From an uncultured Chloroflexia bacterium (lineage in GTDB: Bacteria > Chloroflexota > Anaerolineae > Promineifilales > Promineifilaceae), in the NCBI GenBank assembly GCA_963747345.1, contig CAVVFA010000030.1:265910-329909 (forward strand): DNA of 64,000 bases. The letters are read 5' to 3'. A program made the position numbers and the translations under genes. Positions 51,578 to 60,445 of the stretch are shown piece by piece (position 1 is the first letter of the stretch; every line of letters starts with the position of its first letter). Below the pieces are notes generated by a model. That model did not search any database. It was not told where the DNA came from and saw nothing but the letters and a program-made list of their open reading frames with translations.

Positions 51578-51608
51578 GGCTTGGTAACGGCCGTTACCGA
51601 GCCTTTTT
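51578..51608 (+). terminator. Rho-independent terminator built on a 16-bp palindrome GGTAACGGCCGTTACC
   Basis: ggcttggtaacggccgttaccgagcc followed by T5. Confidence 0.55.
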
Positions 51609-51719
51609 ATTACCCCCCGATTAGGGTTTCCGAAAACAGAGGCACTCCACCACGATTAGGGTAAAATATGGGGTGCAATACAAGCGCACAAAAATAGTTT
51701 AACCTGGATAGGCATCATT

Positions 51720-52535
51720 TTGCTCGATACAATCTTTAATTACCCCTTGAACATCACCTGGCTTGATGTAATCGATATATTGCTCGTAACCTTCATTATT
51801 TTCGGGCTATTTATGCTTATCCGAGGCACGCGAGCTGTGCAAATGCTGCGTGGCTTTATCCTATTGGGGTTTCTTATCTTTCTGGTGGCTCGGTTTTTGC
51901 TGAGTTCTGTCATTGAACTACCCGCCTTTACCTTGCTGGTAAAAACAACCTATCCCATCTTGCTGCTTTCTATTCCCGTCATCTTTCAACCGGAAATCAG
52001 ACGTGCTTTAGAGCAGTTGGGGCGCACGGGCAGCATTAAACGGTGGTTTCGGCGAAACGAGATCAGCCCCATCATTTATGATGTGAAAGATGCGAGTTTG
52101 CGCCTTTCACAACGGCGTCATGGGGCGTTAATCGTCTTTGAAAAAGATACTGGTTTGCAAGAGTACATCGATACTGGTATCTTGATGAACTCTGAGGCAT
52201 CGCCAGAACTGTTGCTCACTATATTCAACAAAAACACAGAACTCCACGACGGCGCTGTGATTATTCAGGGGAATCTCATTGCCGCTTCGGCGTGTGTGAT
52301 GCCGCTTTCCACCAGCAGCTTATCAGACAGCCAGATGGGGTTGCGCCACCGCGCCGCGTTGGGAATCAGTGAGGTGAGTGATGCGGTGGCGGTTGTCGTG
52401 TCTGAAGAAACGGGTCAGGTCTCTATTGCCCATAACGGCCGTATCATCCGCAAACAAGATCCGTCACGATTAGATGAGCAGCTAGATGCGTATCTGCAAA
52501 ATAGCGGGCGAAAGAGGAAAAAAACGAAAAAATGA
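51720..52535 (+). CDS. cdaA: diadenylate cyclase (c-di-AMP synthase) CdaA
   Basis: 3 N-terminal TM helices; DisA_N motifs DGAVII and GLRHRAALG. Confidence 0.8.
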   Translation: MLDTIFNYPLNITWLDVIDILLVTFIIFGLFMLIRGTRAVQMLRGFILLGFLIFLVARFLLSSVIELPAFTLLVKTTYPILLLSIPVIFQPEIRRALEQLGRTGSIKRWFRRNEISPIIYDVKDASLRLSQRRHGALIVFEKDTGLQEYIDTGILMNSEASPELLLTIFNKNTELHDGAVIIQGNLIAASACVMPLSTSSLSDSQMGLRHRAALGISEVSDAVAVVVSEETGQVSIAHNGRIIRKQDPSRLDEQLDAYLQNSGRKRKKTKK

Positions 52536-54040
52536 ACACATTTCGACGCTTCCTCTCCAAACTCGCGATATTTATCTTATCGCTGCTGCTGGCTATGCTC
52601 ATCTGGATAATTGCCTCTCAAGAAAATGACCCGACTTTGCTCCAATCCTTCCAGCTTCCAGTCGATATTGTAGGCAAACCAGAAGATAGTAATCTTGACA
52701 TATCGACTGAGACCATCATTGTCGTTGTGGAAGCATCCTCTTCTGTGATGCAGACACTTGGCCCAGACAATTTTTCGGCCGTTATTGATTTAAGAGATGT
52801 GGTTGTAGGTGAAGAAGTTGCTTTGCCTGTAACCGTCAACACAAAAACATCCGGTGTTTCTATCAACTCCCATTCACCAGAAACAGTTGATGTGCTTTTG
52901 GAACAGTTAGTGACGAGAGATGTGCCGGTTGTTTTGGATATCCGTGGCAGCGTTGCCCGTGGACACACGCAAGGGGATGCGTTGATTGATCCGGCGGTTA
53001 TCACGGTTGTGGGCACAGCCGAACAAGTGGAACCGCTGAATGCTGCCCGCGTCACCGTCTTTCTAAACAATGTGCGTGATACCTTTACATCGATGCCCTT
53101 CCCTGTTTTTTATGATCGGCAGGGGCAGATTGCGAGTGTCAGCGGCCTGGATAAGGTCAGCGCAGAATCGGTGGCTGTCACGATTCCCGTCCAGGAATCT
53201 GCCGATTTTGCGGAGAAGATTATTGATGTGGACTGGAGCGGCTCTCCAGCCGACGGCTATCGACTGCTGAGTATCAATGTGGATCCGCCCAGTGCGCTTT
53301 TGCAAGGTTCCCCCTCACGGTTGAATGCCTTGACCCAATTGACCACGGAACCCATTGATATTACTGGGCTAACAGAAACGTTTGCACAGCCGGTTACGTT
53401 GGAGCTGCCAACCGGTATCACGCTGGATGCGGTGCAAGGGTATACGGTGACGGTGGAGATTGAGCCGATTTTGACAACGGCCGTTTACAATCGCCCCATA
53501 GAATTCCAAGGAATAGAGACAGGCATGGATGCCATCGCCACCCCTGAAGAAGCCCGGGTAGTCTTGTTTGGCCCATTGCCCATCCTTGATTCCCTGACAG
53601 AAGACGAGGTACACGTTACCGTCGATGCCTTTGGCCTTGTTACTGGCACCTACAGCCTGGAACCTGTCGTCACTTTCCCAGAGCGAGGGCTGGAACTGCG
53701 CTCCATCCAACCCCCGCTGATCACCGTCGAGATTACGCCGACAATGACCAATACCATTACCAATACAGAAACATCACGCCTTTACGATGGCGTAAAAATG
53801 GCGCGTACTGAGTTTAGTAGCCATCTAAAAATCACTTCCTTACCAGCAATGACCCGCTTCGGCAGCCAGACCGATCCCCTCTCCCTTTGGGGGAGGGTTA
53901 GGGTGGGGGCATTCGCGGAACTTATTTATAGACGATTACCTGTCGAAGCACCCCATCCAATCACACCTATAGTGAGCACACCGAGAATTATCGCCAACTG
54001 GGTCTGTGCCTTACCAAAAGAGAATAATTATGAGTTATAA
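52532..54040 (+). CDS. cdaR: CdaA regulatory protein CdaR (YbbR-repeat protein); C-terminal about 100 aa atypical
   Basis: ATGA coupling to cdaA; N-terminal TM; four YbbR-like repeats. Confidence 0.65.
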   Translation: MNTFRRFLSKLAIFILSLLLAMLIWIIASQENDPTLLQSFQLPVDIVGKPEDSNLDISTETIIVVVEASSSVMQTLGPDNFSAVIDLRDVVVGEEVALPVTVNTKTSGVSINSHSPETVDVLLEQLVTRDVPVVLDIRGSVARGHTQGDALIDPAVITVVGTAEQVEPLNAARVTVFLNNVRDTFTSMPFPVFYDRQGQIASVSGLDKVSAESVAVTIPVQESADFAEKIIDVDWSGSPADGYRLLSINVDPPSALLQGSPSRLNALTQLTTEPIDITGLTETFAQPVTLELPTGITLDAVQGYTVTVEIEPILTTAVYNRPIEFQGIETGMDAIATPEEARVVLFGPLPILDSLTEDEVHVTVDAFGLVTGTYSLEPVVTFPERGLELRSIQPPLITVEITPTMTNTITNTETSRLYDGVKMARTEFSSHLKITSLPAMTRFGSQTDPLSLWGRVRVGAFAELIYRRLPVEAPHPITPIVSTPRIIANWVCALPKENNYEL

Positions 54041-55397
54041 ACCCTTAGTCGCCCTCGTTGGACGTCCCAACGCAGGCAAATCAACCTTATTCAACCGCAT
54101 CGTCGGACGGCGGCTTGCTGTCGTTTCCGAAGTGCCTGGAACCACCCGCGACCGGCTGTACGCCGACTCCGAATGGGCGGGCAGCGTCTTCACCGTCGTC
54201 GATACCGGCGGCATCGAAGTGACCGAAGGCTGGCAGACCGAGCCGTTGTCCGAAGACTCCGTACTCTTCCTGCCTGCGATTCGCACCCAAGCGGCCATCG
54301 CCATCCAAGACGCCGATGTCATCGTGCAAGTGGTAGATGGCCGAGCGGGCATCACCGCCGCCGACCAGGAAGTCGCCGATATTCTGCGCCAGACGAAAAA
54401 GCCCGTTATCATCGCCGCCAATAAACTGGAATCCATCAATAGAAGAGACGATGCTTACGAATTCTATGAATTAGCCTTGGGCGAAGTCTTTGCCGTCTCT
54501 GCGCTGCATGGCAGTGGCACCGGCGATTTGCTCGATGCCATCACCGAGGCCATCCCCTTTGTTCCCGAAGAGGATGAAGATGACGATACCATCAAAATCG
54601 CCATCCTGGGCAAGCCCAATGCCGGCAAATCGACCCTGCTCAACAAACTCATTGGTGAAGAACGGGCTATCGTCAGCCCCATTGCTGGCACAACCCGCGA
54701 TGCCATCGATACCAAGCTCACCTTTGAGGGACAGGAATTTACGCTTATCGATACCGCCGGTATTCGCCGTCCCGGCAAGATTGACCCCGGTGTGGAAAAA
54801 TACAGCGTTCTCCGGGCCATCAAAGCGTTGAGCCGTGCCGATATTGCCTTGCTGCTCATTGATGCCGAAGCGGGCATCACCGCCCAAGATACGCATATTG
54901 CGGGGATGCTCACGGAAGAAAACTCCGGTGTTATCGTGCTGGTGAACAAATGGGATGCCGTCGTTAAAGACTCGTTTACGATTTATGATTATGAAAAAGA
55001 GTTACGTGAGGCGTTGAAGTTCATTCCGTACGCGCCCATCATCTTCATTTCTGCTAAAACGGGCAAGCGCGTCGAGAAGATTTTGCCTAAAGCGTTGGAA
55101 GTTCAAGAAACGCGCCACCAGCGCATCCCCACCTCTGAGTTGAACAAATGGATGCGTGACGTGATCACCGTGCATCCACCGCCCAGTCATAATGGCTTGC
55201 GCGTCAAGTTTTTCTACACGACCCAAGTTACCACCGCCCCCCCGACGTTTGTGATGTTTGTCAATAAACCAGAATGGGTGCATTTTAGTTATCAACGGTA
55301 CCTGGAAAATAGACTGCGGGAAGAATATCCGTTTGAAGGCTCTCCCATGCGCCTTGTTTTTAGAGCGAGAAGCGAAGACCGCTTCGATACCAAATAA
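54030..55397 (+). CDS. der: ribosome-assembly GTPase Der/EngA
   Basis: Two G domains (GRPNAGKST, GKPNAGKST) plus KH-like C-terminus. Confidence 0.85.
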   Translation: MSYKPLVALVGRPNAGKSTLFNRIVGRRLAVVSEVPGTTRDRLYADSEWAGSVFTVVDTGGIEVTEGWQTEPLSEDSVLFLPAIRTQAAIAIQDADVIVQVVDGRAGITAADQEVADILRQTKKPVIIAANKLESINRRDDAYEFYELALGEVFAVSALHGSGTGDLLDAITEAIPFVPEEDEDDDTIKIAILGKPNAGKSTLLNKLIGEERAIVSPIAGTTRDAIDTKLTFEGQEFTLIDTAGIRRPGKIDPGVEKYSVLRAIKALSRADIALLLIDAEAGITAQDTHIAGMLTEENSGVIVLVNKWDAVVKDSFTIYDYEKELREALKFIPYAPIIFISAKTGKRVEKILPKALEVQETRHQRIPTSELNKWMRDVITVHPPPSHNGLRVKFFYTTQVTTAPPTFVMFVNKPEWVHFSYQRYLENRLREEYPFEGSPMRLVFRARSEDRFDTK

Positions 55398-55410
55398 TAT
55401 ACTTGTTTGC

Positions 55411-55444
55411 AGACCTCCGAGGTTTTAAAAACCTCGGAGGTCTT
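55411..55444 (+). terminator. perfect 14-bp inverted repeat hairpin after der
   Basis: agacctccgaggtt-ttaaaa-aacctcggaggtct. Confidence 0.45.
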
Positions 55445-55475
55445 TGTAGAACGAGAAAGAGAAAAGGCTACAGCA

Positions 55476-56552
55476 ATGGCTGATCAATCCAATCAAATTA
55501 ATGATTATTACGTACAAACCCGACCTGGTTTAGAAGAAATCGCCTGGTTAGAAATTCGAGATATGCTGCCGTATGCTAAATTTGGCGAATATCTATTTGC
55601 CAAAGAGCAAAATGGCGTCGTCACCTTTTCTTATAAGGGGAATATGGCCGATGTCAATCAACTGCTGACCAGTGAAGATGAGTTTTTGCAAGCGCTGTCG
55701 ATACCCAAGCTGTCTCGGGGACGGCAAGATTTGGCTATGATTCAGGAAGCTGTGGCAAAAGGTGAAGAATTTGGCCGCGCTACCAACCAGTTCTTGCGCT
55801 TCCGACAGTTTAGCCACCCGCCATCGTACCGCGTCATTTGCCGGAAGTTTGGCACGCATGAGTATCGCCAATCTAATGTGGAACAGGTTGTTCTTGATGC
55901 GATGATGAAGCGCTATCCACGTTGGCAGCCCATTACCGATGGGCCGCAGGTGGAATTGTGGATCAACTTGCTCGGCTCTCAATTGTTGTGTGGGTTCCGC
56001 ATCACGGACAAAGGCATGAAAAAGCAGCATAAACTGCGCAAAGCCTCGCCTAGTTCGCTGCGCCCATCCGTGGCGGCCGCGATGGTGGGGCTGACGCAGC
56101 CAGATGATGATGATGTCTTTCTGGATCCGTTTTGTGGGGATGGCATTATGTTGCAAGAGCGAAAGCTGTTTGGCAATTATGCCCATTTATGGGGAGCCAA
56201 TGAGGGTATCAGCCAGGTTTCAGTTGCTGAAATGAACCTGGCTTCCAAGAAAAGCAATCGGCTCTCGACGGACATCACGTTGGCGACTTGGGTCAATTTG
56301 AAGCTGCCTTTGGAAGATGAGTCGGTAGACAAGATTGCGACCAACTTGATGGAAGTGGAGATGGATTTGGGTTCTGTTTTCAAGGAAATTGGGCGTGTCT
56401 TAAGGCCGGAGGGAACGGCCGTTATCCTCAGCAGTGAATACGACAAAATCAAAGACACCATCCGCTACCGTCCCGAACTGGAAATCATGACCGGCTACTC
56501 CGTCAAACCCGCCAGCCAGTGGGGTCGGATTTACATCATCAAACGCAAATAG
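55476..56552 (+). CDS. THUMP-domain RNA methyltransferase (RlmL/Trm-like)
   Basis: THUMP-like N-terminus; DPFCGDG SAM motif. Confidence 0.65.
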   Translation: MADQSNQINDYYVQTRPGLEEIAWLEIRDMLPYAKFGEYLFAKEQNGVVTFSYKGNMADVNQLLTSEDEFLQALSIPKLSRGRQDLAMIQEAVAKGEEFGRATNQFLRFRQFSHPPSYRVICRKFGTHEYRQSNVEQVVLDAMMKRYPRWQPITDGPQVELWINLLGSQLLCGFRITDKGMKKQHKLRKASPSSLRPSVAAAMVGLTQPDDDDVFLDPFCGDGIMLQERKLFGNYAHLWGANEGISQVSVAEMNLASKKSNRLSTDITLATWVNLKLPLEDESVDKIATNLMEVEMDLGSVFKEIGRVLRPEGTAVILSSEYDKIKDTIRYRPELEIMTGYSVKPASQWGRIYIIKRK

Positions 56553-56559
56553 AAAAACT

Positions 56560-56617
56560 GAGATTGGAGATTAGAGATTGGAACGTGAAGCAATCTCCAA
56601 TCTCTAATCTCCAATCT
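56560..56617. repeat. heptamer-based hairpin element, locus C (21-bp perfect stem AGATTGGAGATTAGAGATTGG)
   Basis: A-run, stem, 10-nt loop, stem, then a T-rich stretch. Confidence 0.6.
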
Positions 56618-56622
56618 TATTT

Positions 56623-57931
56623 ATGAAAGTTTACCTCCACAGCATCGGCTGCCGCCTGAACCAGAGCGAAATCGAGACCATGGCCCGCCAGCTTCTTGCC
56701 GCCGGACATGAGATTGTCACAGAAACGGCCGTTGCCGATAAAGTCATCATCAACACCTGCGCCGTCACCGCCGAAGCCGCCAGCGACGCCCGCAGTCATG
56801 ACGCGGCGCATCCACCGCCAAAACGACGCCGCCGAAATTCTGCTCACTGGCTGTTACGCCACCATCGCCCCCGACGAACTGGGTAAAGTGGCCGGAGCCG
56901 GACGCATCGTCCTCAACAAAGACAAAGCTAACCTCGTGCCCCTGCTCGACCCCAAAGCCCGCATCGACCTGCCCCTGTTTGACCAGGAACCCGTCATGCG
57001 CGAATTTTTGGCAGGCACGGCGGGCAATACCCGCGCCTTCATCAAAGTGCAGGATGGCTGCAACAACAAATGCACCTTCTGCGTCACCACGATTGCGCGA
57101 GGCGAAGGCCAAAGCCGCCACTTGGGCGACATCATCGCCGAAATTCAGGCGCTGACCACCGCTGGCTACCAAGAAGCGGTGCTTTCAGGCGTGCATATGG
57201 GCAGTTATGGCTACGATTTTGGCAACCGAGCTGGACTGATGGAACTGGTGCAGGCCATCCTCGACCACACCGACATCCCCCGCTTGCGCCTCTCCTCGTT
57301 GGAACCGTGGGACATTGCGCCCGGCTTCTTTACCCTGTGGCAAAACCCGCGCTTGCTGCCCCATCTGCACATGCCCCTGCAATCTGGTTGTGACCGCACG
57401 TTGCGGCGCATGGCGCGGCGTACCAATCAGGTCAGCTTCCGTGAACTGGCTGACGCCGCCCGCGCCCACATCCCCGACCTCAACCTGAGCAGCGACATCA
57501 TCGTCGGTTTCCCTGGCGAAACGGAAGATGAGTTCCAAACCAGTCTTGATTATGTGCGTGAGATTGGTTTTTCGCGGCTGCACGTCTTCACCTACAGCCA
57601 GCGCCCCGGTACGGCCGCCGCCACCATGCCCGACCAGATTCCAGGCCCCGTCAAAAAAGAGCGCGTGCAGCGCATGATTGCCCTGGGCAACGAGATGAGC
57701 CTCGCCTTCCACCAGCAGTACGAAGGCAAAACGATGAATGTGCTCTGGGAAAGCAGTGTCGGTGCGAACAGCCACGGCCTGCGCTGGGTGGGCTACACGG
57801 ACAACTACATCCGCGTCAACGGACACGGCCCTGCTGATTTGTTTAATAGGGTGACGACTGTGAGGTTGGAAAACGCGAGGGTTGATGGCATGGATGGCGT
57901 GATTTTAGGTAAGGGCCAGGCAATCGTGTAA
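56623..57931 (+). pseudogene. MiaB/RimO-family radical-SAM methylthiotransferase, apparent frameshift after the N-terminal MTTase domain
   Basis: ORF 56623-56886 (MKVYLHSIGCRLNQSE...IINTCAVTAEAASDARS then nonsense); ORF 56696-57931 in another frame (...ILLTGCYA..., CNNKCTFC radical-SAM motif, TRAM end); switch at 56775-56800. Confidence 0.7.
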
Positions 57932-58048
57932 AACCGTTGCCACGCAGAACCTTTTCATCACCGATTGCCTTACCCGCGTGGTAATCGAGCGACGTGATGC
58001 GTGAAATGGCATCGCGTTTGGCATAGAACATACCCCATCGCATAGCTC

Positions 58049-58666
58049 TTACTCGTCTTCCTCAAATACCTGCGTGGTAAAGATAAACAAGTCAGCGGTG
58101 CGCCAGGCATCAGGGCGTAAGCCGGCCTTGCGGCAAATGGCTTCCAGGTATTCATCCCGCGACCAGCCAAACATGCCCGGCACTTGCGGCAGCAGCAAGC
58201 CCCGCTTTTGGCCGCCGACGATAACGAGACCGTGTACGCCTAACTCAATCTCTTCGATGTGGGTAACGGCCGTTAACGCCGAGAGGATCGAGATTTCAAT
58301 GTGGAGGGTGGGCAGCTCAACGGCCGTTACCGGTGGAAACCTCGGATCACGCAGCGCCGCCTTCACCGCCATCACCGGCACTAACTCAATCAGCCGTTCA
58401 TCCGCAGTCATATGGCCGATGCAGCCGCGCAGCCGGGCGGCAGTATCGGGGGGCAGGCCAGGCTGCCAGCGGGTGCGCAGCGTAACAAATACCCCCGCTT
58501 TCTGCTGAAGAATGGGGTCATCTGTTTGTGACGGAGGAAACCGCTTGGCTTGCAGGTAATAGCCAATTGCTTCACGCGCTAAAACAAGCAGCTCACGCTG
58601 CTGCGCGTCGTTCAATGTCAAAATAGGGTGGGGAACTGCCTGGGATTCACTTTCTGTGCTTGTCAT
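58049..58666 (-). CDS. AMMECR1-domain protein
   Basis: About 200 aa with the conserved RGCIG motif. Confidence 0.6.
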   Translation of the reverse strand: MTSTESESQAVPHPILTLNDAQQRELLVLAREAIGYYLQAKRFPPSQTDDPILQQKAGVFVTLRTRWQPGLPPDTAARLRGCIGHMTADERLIELVPVMAVKAALRDPRFPPVTAVELPTLHIEISILSALTAVTHIEEIELGVHGLVIVGGQKRGLLLPQVPGMFGWSRDEYLEAICRKAGLRPDAWRTADLFIFTTQVFEEDE

Positions 58667-58930
58667 TGCTCACCTTCCTTCGCACAAAAATATTGTAGCA
58701 CAGAAAGCAATCAGCCTTCTTCTTGAATTTGCTCTTTCCGAGTCGTATACAAAGTCCGCCTTCGCGGACTAAAAACAGCCGGATTGAGAATTGCTGTTTT
58801 GCTCCCCCGCTTTTGACGCCAATTTTCCTCACTGTTATACTCCTCGCTTGCTGGAAAGTAGTCGAGGTGTCACAACATGTGGGAGTCAACGACCACAAAT
58901 CAACACCCAGCAATCAATTGAGGCAGAATA

Positions 58931-60373
58931 ATGGCAAAACAAGACAAACTCACCCCGCGCAGCGAGGATTTCAACGAATGGTACAACACCGTCGTGCAAA
59001 AAGCGGATATGGCCGACTATGGGCCAGTGCGTGGCACGATGATCGTCAAGCCCTATGGTTGGGCTTTGTGGGAAAATATACAAGGCGCGTTAGACAGCCG
59101 CTTTAAAGCCACAGGTGTGCAAAACGCCGGCTTCCCCATGTTTATCCCCATGAGCTTCTTGCAAAAAGAAGCGGCCCATGTGGAAGGCTTTGCCCCTGAA
59201 CTCGCCGTCGTCACCATTGGCGGTGGGCAGGAACTGGCAGAACCTCTCGTCGTCCGTCCCACCTCGGAGACGATGATTGGACACGCCTACTCCAACTGGA
59301 TTCAGAGCTACCGTGATTTGCCGATGCTGCTCAATTTGTGGAACAGTGTTGTCCGCTGGGAACTGCGCACCAAGCTCTTCCTGCGCACCCTGGAATTCTA
59401 CTGGCAAGAAGGCCACACCGCCCACGCCACCGCCGAAGAAGCGGATGAACGCACCCGCCTGATGCTGGATGTGTACACCGACTTTGCTGTCAACGAAGCG
59501 GCCGTGCCTGTGATTCCTGGTATTAAATCAGATATGGAACGGTTTGCTGGGGCCAACGAAACCATGACCATTGAAGCGATGATGGGCGATGGCAAAGCGC
59601 TGCAATCGGGTACTTCTCACAATTTGGGCGAAAATTTTGCCAAAGCGTTCGATATTCAATACCTCGATAAGAACAACGAATTGCAAAATGCGTGGACAAC
59701 TTCCTGGGGTTTGAGTACCCGCTTCATCGGCGCCATTATCATGACGCATGGTGACGACCACGGCTTGATTTTGCCGCCCCGTTTGGCTCCTTATCAGACA
59801 GTGATTGTGCCGATTTACAAGAATGATGAAGAAAAAGAAGCCGTTCTCGAAGCGACCAATCGCATTCAGCAAGAACTCATTGCCGCTCATGTTCGTGTTA
59901 AAGTCGATGACCGCGAAAACTTGACCCCTGGCTTCAAGTTCAACGACTGGGAAATGCGCGGCGTACCAACCCGCATTGAAATCGGCCCGCGTGATGTGGA
60001 GAAGAATTCGGTGGCCTTAGCCCGCCGCGATATTCCAGGACGGGATGGCAAGCAGTTTGTGTCGCAGGATGGCATTGCGCAAACGGTGGCTGATTTGCTG
60101 GTGACGGTGCAGCAAGCACTCCTGGATCGGGCGACCAAATTCCGTGACGACAATACGCATGACGTGGACAACTATGATGATTTCAAAACGGCCGTTTCCA
60201 CAGGATTTGCTCGCGTGTGGTGGGCAGGAGACAGCGCCGAAGAGACCCAGGTCAAAGAAGAAACCAAAGCCACCATCCGCTGCTTCCCCATCGACCAGCC
60301 CGGCGGCACAGGCACCTGTTTCTTCACCGGCAAACCAGCTGATAGAATCGCCATCTTTGGCCGCGCTTATTAA
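58931..60373 (+). CDS. proS: prolyl-tRNA synthetase, archaeal/eukaryal-type (no INS editing domain, about 480 aa)
   Basis: Class II motifs; length and N-terminus typical of the arch/euk-like ProRS found in some bacteria. Confidence 0.8.
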   Translation: MAKQDKLTPRSEDFNEWYNTVVQKADMADYGPVRGTMIVKPYGWALWENIQGALDSRFKATGVQNAGFPMFIPMSFLQKEAAHVEGFAPELAVVTIGGGQELAEPLVVRPTSETMIGHAYSNWIQSYRDLPMLLNLWNSVVRWELRTKLFLRTLEFYWQEGHTAHATAEEADERTRLMLDVYTDFAVNEAAVPVIPGIKSDMERFAGANETMTIEAMMGDGKALQSGTSHNLGENFAKAFDIQYLDKNNELQNAWTTSWGLSTRFIGAIIMTHGDDHGLILPPRLAPYQTVIVPIYKNDEEKEAVLEATNRIQQELIAAHVRVKVDDRENLTPGFKFNDWEMRGVPTRIEIGPRDVEKNSVALARRDIPGRDGKQFVSQDGIAQTVADLLVTVQQALLDRATKFRDDNTHDVDNYDDFKTAVSTGFARVWWAGDSAEETQVKEETKATIRCFPIDQPGGTGTCFFTGKPADRIAIFGRAY

Positions 60374-60379
60374 AACAAA

Positions 60380-60435
60380 AGATTAGAGATTGGAGATTTG
60401 GGATCGATAATCTCCAATCTCTAATCTCTAATCTC
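60380..60435. repeat. heptamer-based hairpin element, locus D
   Basis: agattagagattggagat-loop-atctccaatctctaatct. Confidence 0.6.
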
Positions 60436-60445
60436 AGGTATTTAT

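Noticed and set aside
53700-54040. The last about 100 aa of CdaR (compositionally odd, contains the G4 tract) as a separate gene or further frameshift
   Set aside because: There is no in-frame stop or alternative frame with a better protein-like reading; left as part of cdaR with reduced confidence.
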